A stretch of DNA of 64,000 bases from Candidatus Anstonellales archaeon. GTDB taxonomy: Archaea > Micrarchaeota > Micrarchaeia > Anstonellales > J096. The notes under the pieces are model-generated. The model was given only the letters and a program-made list of their open reading frames with translations, was not told where the DNA came from and did not search any database. Both the position numbers and the translations under genes were made by a program. This document shows, piece after piece, positions 59,282 to 64,000 of the stretch. The stretch is taken from contig JAWACY010000001.1 of the NCBI GenBank assembly GCA_038896535.1, positions 128,001 to 192,000 of the forward strand, read 5' to 3'. Position 1 is the stretch's first letter; each line of letters begins with the position of its first letter.

Positions 59282-60550
59282 ATGCAAGTTATGGAAAAGC
59301 ATATAAAAAGGCAGATTGATAAAATAAAAGATTTGATAAGGCCAACAGAAGCAGAAAGGAAAAGCATTATAGAAAATTTTAATTATGTAAGAAACAAAGT
59401 AAAAGACATTGGGAATGTTCTATTAATGGGCTCTGTTGCAAAAGACACATTCTTAAGGAATTCAAATGAAATTGATGTCTTTGTTTTCATAGAAAAGAAT
59501 AAAAGTATAAAGACTGCCTTGAATGAATTGAAAGCTGCCTTGAAAAATATGAAAACTGAAATTGCTTATGCACAACATCCATATATAAGGGTTTATAGAG
59601 GTAAAATAAGAATTGATATTGTCCCGGCTTATTATATAATGAAAGGCGAAGAAATTATTTCTCAAGTTGATAGGACAAGGCTGCATTTAGAATATGTAAA
59701 AAATCATATGAGAGAAGAGCAAAAAGATGAAGTTAGATTGTTAAAGCAATTCTTGAAAAACATAAATTGTTATGGAGCAGAGATAAAGATAAGGGGTCTT
59801 TCTGGATATTTTTGCGAATGCCTTATAATAAAGAAGGGCAATTTTGTAAATGCATTGAAATATTTCTCAAATATGGAATTTGACATAAAAGATGGCTTTA
59901 TACATTTCCCTGATCCAGTTGATGAGAGAAGGAATATAGCAGCATCAATAAGTAATGAAAACCTAGCCAAAATTGTTTGCGCTTCGAATGCATTTTTTAG
60001 AAAGGGCAATATAAATGCAATGGATTTCTTTTTTTTCAACCTTGACAGTAAAAAAAGAAAGGCGATAAATAATAATATGAAGAAACATATTTTTTCAATA
60101 GCATTTAACAAGCCAGATGTGGTAGATGATATAAGATATGGTGTATTAAGAAAAACAGCAGAAGTATTGATAAAGCATTTTGAGCAGGAAGGCATAAATG
60201 TCATTAATTATTATATTGATACAGTTGGAAAGCACGATATAATGTCATTTATTGTTGCGAATAAAAATATAAATAGCTTTAAAATTTTAAACGGGCCAAA
60301 CATAATGTTTAAGCAGCATTTCAATGAATTTCTAAAAAAACACAGAAAAGAAAGCAAGGGCCTATTTTTATCATCAAGGGGCATTTTGTTAATGAAAAAA
60401 AGGCAATACAGCGATATAAAAGGCTTATTAAAAAATGCGATATTGCAATTTAACATGAAGTTTTATAAAAATGATTATAAAATAATTAATAAGATACCAA
60501 ATTTTGTTACAAGGGAGCTCGGATTAAGAGATTTGATATTTGGTGATTAA
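59282..60550 (+). CDS. cca: Archaeal class I CCA-adding enzyme
   Basis: GS.AKDT.L....EIDVF, YAQHPY, DIVP, VDRT..H, YGAE....G.SGY..E.L, DPVD.RRN.AA. Confidence 0.93.
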   Translation: MQVMEKHIKRQIDKIKDLIRPTEAERKSIIENFNYVRNKVKDIGNVLLMGSVAKDTFLRNSNEIDVFVFIEKNKSIKTALNELKAALKNMKTEIAYAQHPYIRVYRGKIRIDIVPAYYIMKGEEIISQVDRTRLHLEYVKNHMREEQKDEVRLLKQFLKNINCYGAEIKIRGLSGYFCECLIIKKGNFVNALKYFSNMEFDIKDGFIHFPDPVDERRNIAASISNENLAKIVCASNAFFRKGNINAMDFFFFNLDSKKRKAINNNMKKHIFSIAFNKPDVVDDIRYGVLRKTAEVLIKHFEQEGINVINYYIDTVGKHDIMSFIVANKNINSFKILNGPNIMFKQHFNEFLKKHRKESKGLFLSSRGILLMKKRQYSDIKGLLKNAILQFNMKFYKNDYKIINKIPNFVTRELGLRDLIFGD

Positions 60551-62686
<2,136 letters not shown>

Positions 62687-62773
62687 ATTAAGTAAATTAA
62701 GGTCTTTTATATCAAGATCTCTTTTATGTTAAAGTAATTTAATGTTAAAGTCATTTAATGATTTTTAATGACT

Positions 62774-63211
62774 TCAGTCCTTGTAAATGATAAGCTTTGC
62801 TTTATAACCTTCCTTTTTTATTTCTTTTCCAGCATATTTTTCAGGCATTAGTTCTATGAATTTTATTGTATATTGGCCTATTTTTTTATTATTCTCATTT
62901 TGCATTGTTGATATAGAAATGTAATAACTGCCATTTGATGTTTGGATGCTTAATGATATTATTGCCCTGCCTTGCCATATGCACTGAACATCTTTTGCAC
63001 ATCTTGAATCTTCTATGATATTAAGAAAAGTTATGCTTTTTATGTTTTTATCAACGCTTTCATTCATATAAAGAGTTTCATTAAGGCCTATTATAAATTC
63101 ATCACCTAAATTTATAATTTTTTTATCTGATTTTTCTTTTGTGCAACCAGCAGAAATGAAAAACAGGGCAAGTAAAATAAATGGTAAAATAAAGAGTAAA
63201 AATTTCTTCAT
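62774..63211 (-). CDS. Lipoprotein, hypothetical
   Basis: Lipobox ISAG|C; DSRC..DVQCIWQG motif. Confidence 0.8.
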   Translation of the reverse strand: MKKFLLFILPFILLALFFISAGCTKEKSDKKIINLGDEFIIGLNETLYMNESVDKNIKSITFLNIIEDSRCAKDVQCIWQGRAIISLSIQTSNGSYYISISTMQNENNKKIGQYTIKFIELMPEKYAGKEIKKEGYKAKLIIYKD

Positions 63212-63276
63212 AAAAAATATTAGTATAAATGTTTAAAAAAACTTAATGTTTAAAAAACTTAAATCATAATTATATT

Positions 63277-63651
63277 ATGATGCTCAAGAAATTTTTTGCA
63301 TTACTTGGTTTTCTTATTGCTATAAGCTTATTAGCCTATGGCTTTTTTGGCCTTGGTTTTGACTTCTTATTAAGGGCGATTGCGATATCAGTCGGTTTTA
63401 GTATAATTTTCCTTATTTTCTACCCAAGGATAAGGGGAGTCAGAAAAGGCGATGAGGTTGTTGTAGTTGCATATAGCTTTATGCCATCATTTTTAGGCAG
63501 AAGGGGAAGAGTTATAAGAATACATAAGAATAATGTTGTAGTTAGATTAGATGAGGATGGTAGGGAGGTAACTGGCATTCTAGAAACATATGAAGAACTC
63601 TTATCACCTCCAAGAGTTAGGTTAATATATGAAGAACAAGCACTGAAATAA
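63277..63651 (+). CDS. Membrane protein with a C-terminal beta domain
   Basis: Two TM segments, then GVRKGDEV...V.V.L. Confidence 0.7.
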   Translation: MMLKKFFALLGFLIAISLLAYGFFGLGFDFLLRAIAISVGFSIIFLIFYPRIRGVRKGDEVVVVAYSFMPSFLGRRGRVIRIHKNNVVVRLDEDGREVTGILETYEELLSPPRVRLIYEEQALK

Positions 63652-63660
63652 GGGAAAACG

Positions 63661-64000
63661 ATGAAATTTTATAAAAAAGAAGTGGAAGATATATTAATAG
63701 CTAGCTTTGTCCTTGCCCTTTCATTTTCAATAGCTACTGGCATGGCAAACTTAAATGGCTTTTTGCTTGTTTCTTTAATAGTCCTGCCATCTTTTCTCTT
63801 ACATGAACTGGCCCATAAATTTGTTGCACAATATTATGGCTATTTAGCAGCTTTTCTTAGATTTGATTTAGGCCTTTTACTTGCTTTGGTTTCAAGCTTA
63901 TTTGGTTTTGTTTTTGCCGCTCCAGGAGCAGTCTTTATTCAAGATGTAAGGAAAAAAGAGCATTTATTAAAAATATCAATAGCAGGGCCTTTAACAAACA
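63661..64000 (+). CDS. Site-2 protease (M50) family; truncated by the window end
   Basis: Manual translation: MKFYKKEVEDILIA...FLLHELAHKFVA...FAAPGAV...ISIAGPLTN. Confidence 0.88.
   Translation, partial: MKFYKKEVEDILIASFVLALSFSIATGMANLNGFLLVSLIVLPSFLLHELAHKFVAQYYGYLAAFLRFDLGLLLALVSSLFGFVFAAPGAVFIQDVRKKEHLLKISIAGPLTN

Overview
An AT-rich (roughly 30% GC by eye), gene-dense archaeal chromosome segment. It is most consistent with a DPANN archaeon of the Micrarchaeota, mainly because it encodes a three-unit epsilon2-type tRNA splicing endonuclease. Most genes are housekeeping: EF-1alpha, uS10, eL14, Cbf5, DnaG, FEN-1, EndoQ, CysRS, ThrRS, AlaRS, GatB, aIF5B, CCA-adding enzyme, Cdc48, enolase, ThyX, a polyprenyl synthase and a type IV pilus locus. 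RNA genes read directly from the sequence are the 5' end of SRP RNA, tRNA-Cys(GCA) and tRNA-Leu(CAA) (both with 37/38 introns), tRNA-Thr(CGU), one canonical box C/D guide RNA and one H/ACA-type hairpin RNA. The least explained signal is a dispersed family of polarised hairpin arrays (GTAAGAAGGC-N18-GCCTTCTTAC). It occurs at three loci plus a remnant, and each array begins 2-6 nt after the 3' end of a tRNA or a stop codon. No cas, integrase or transposase gene explains it, although a stand-alone Cas2-like ORF is present. Other points of note: both guides of the C/D RNA match the intron-containing pre-tRNA-Cys 3 kb away; the Rqc2/NFACT gene is split into two distant genes; and the Walker A coding segments of the two AAA modules are nucleotide-identical in both double-AAA genes. 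All calls come from reading motifs by eye; no database searches were run.
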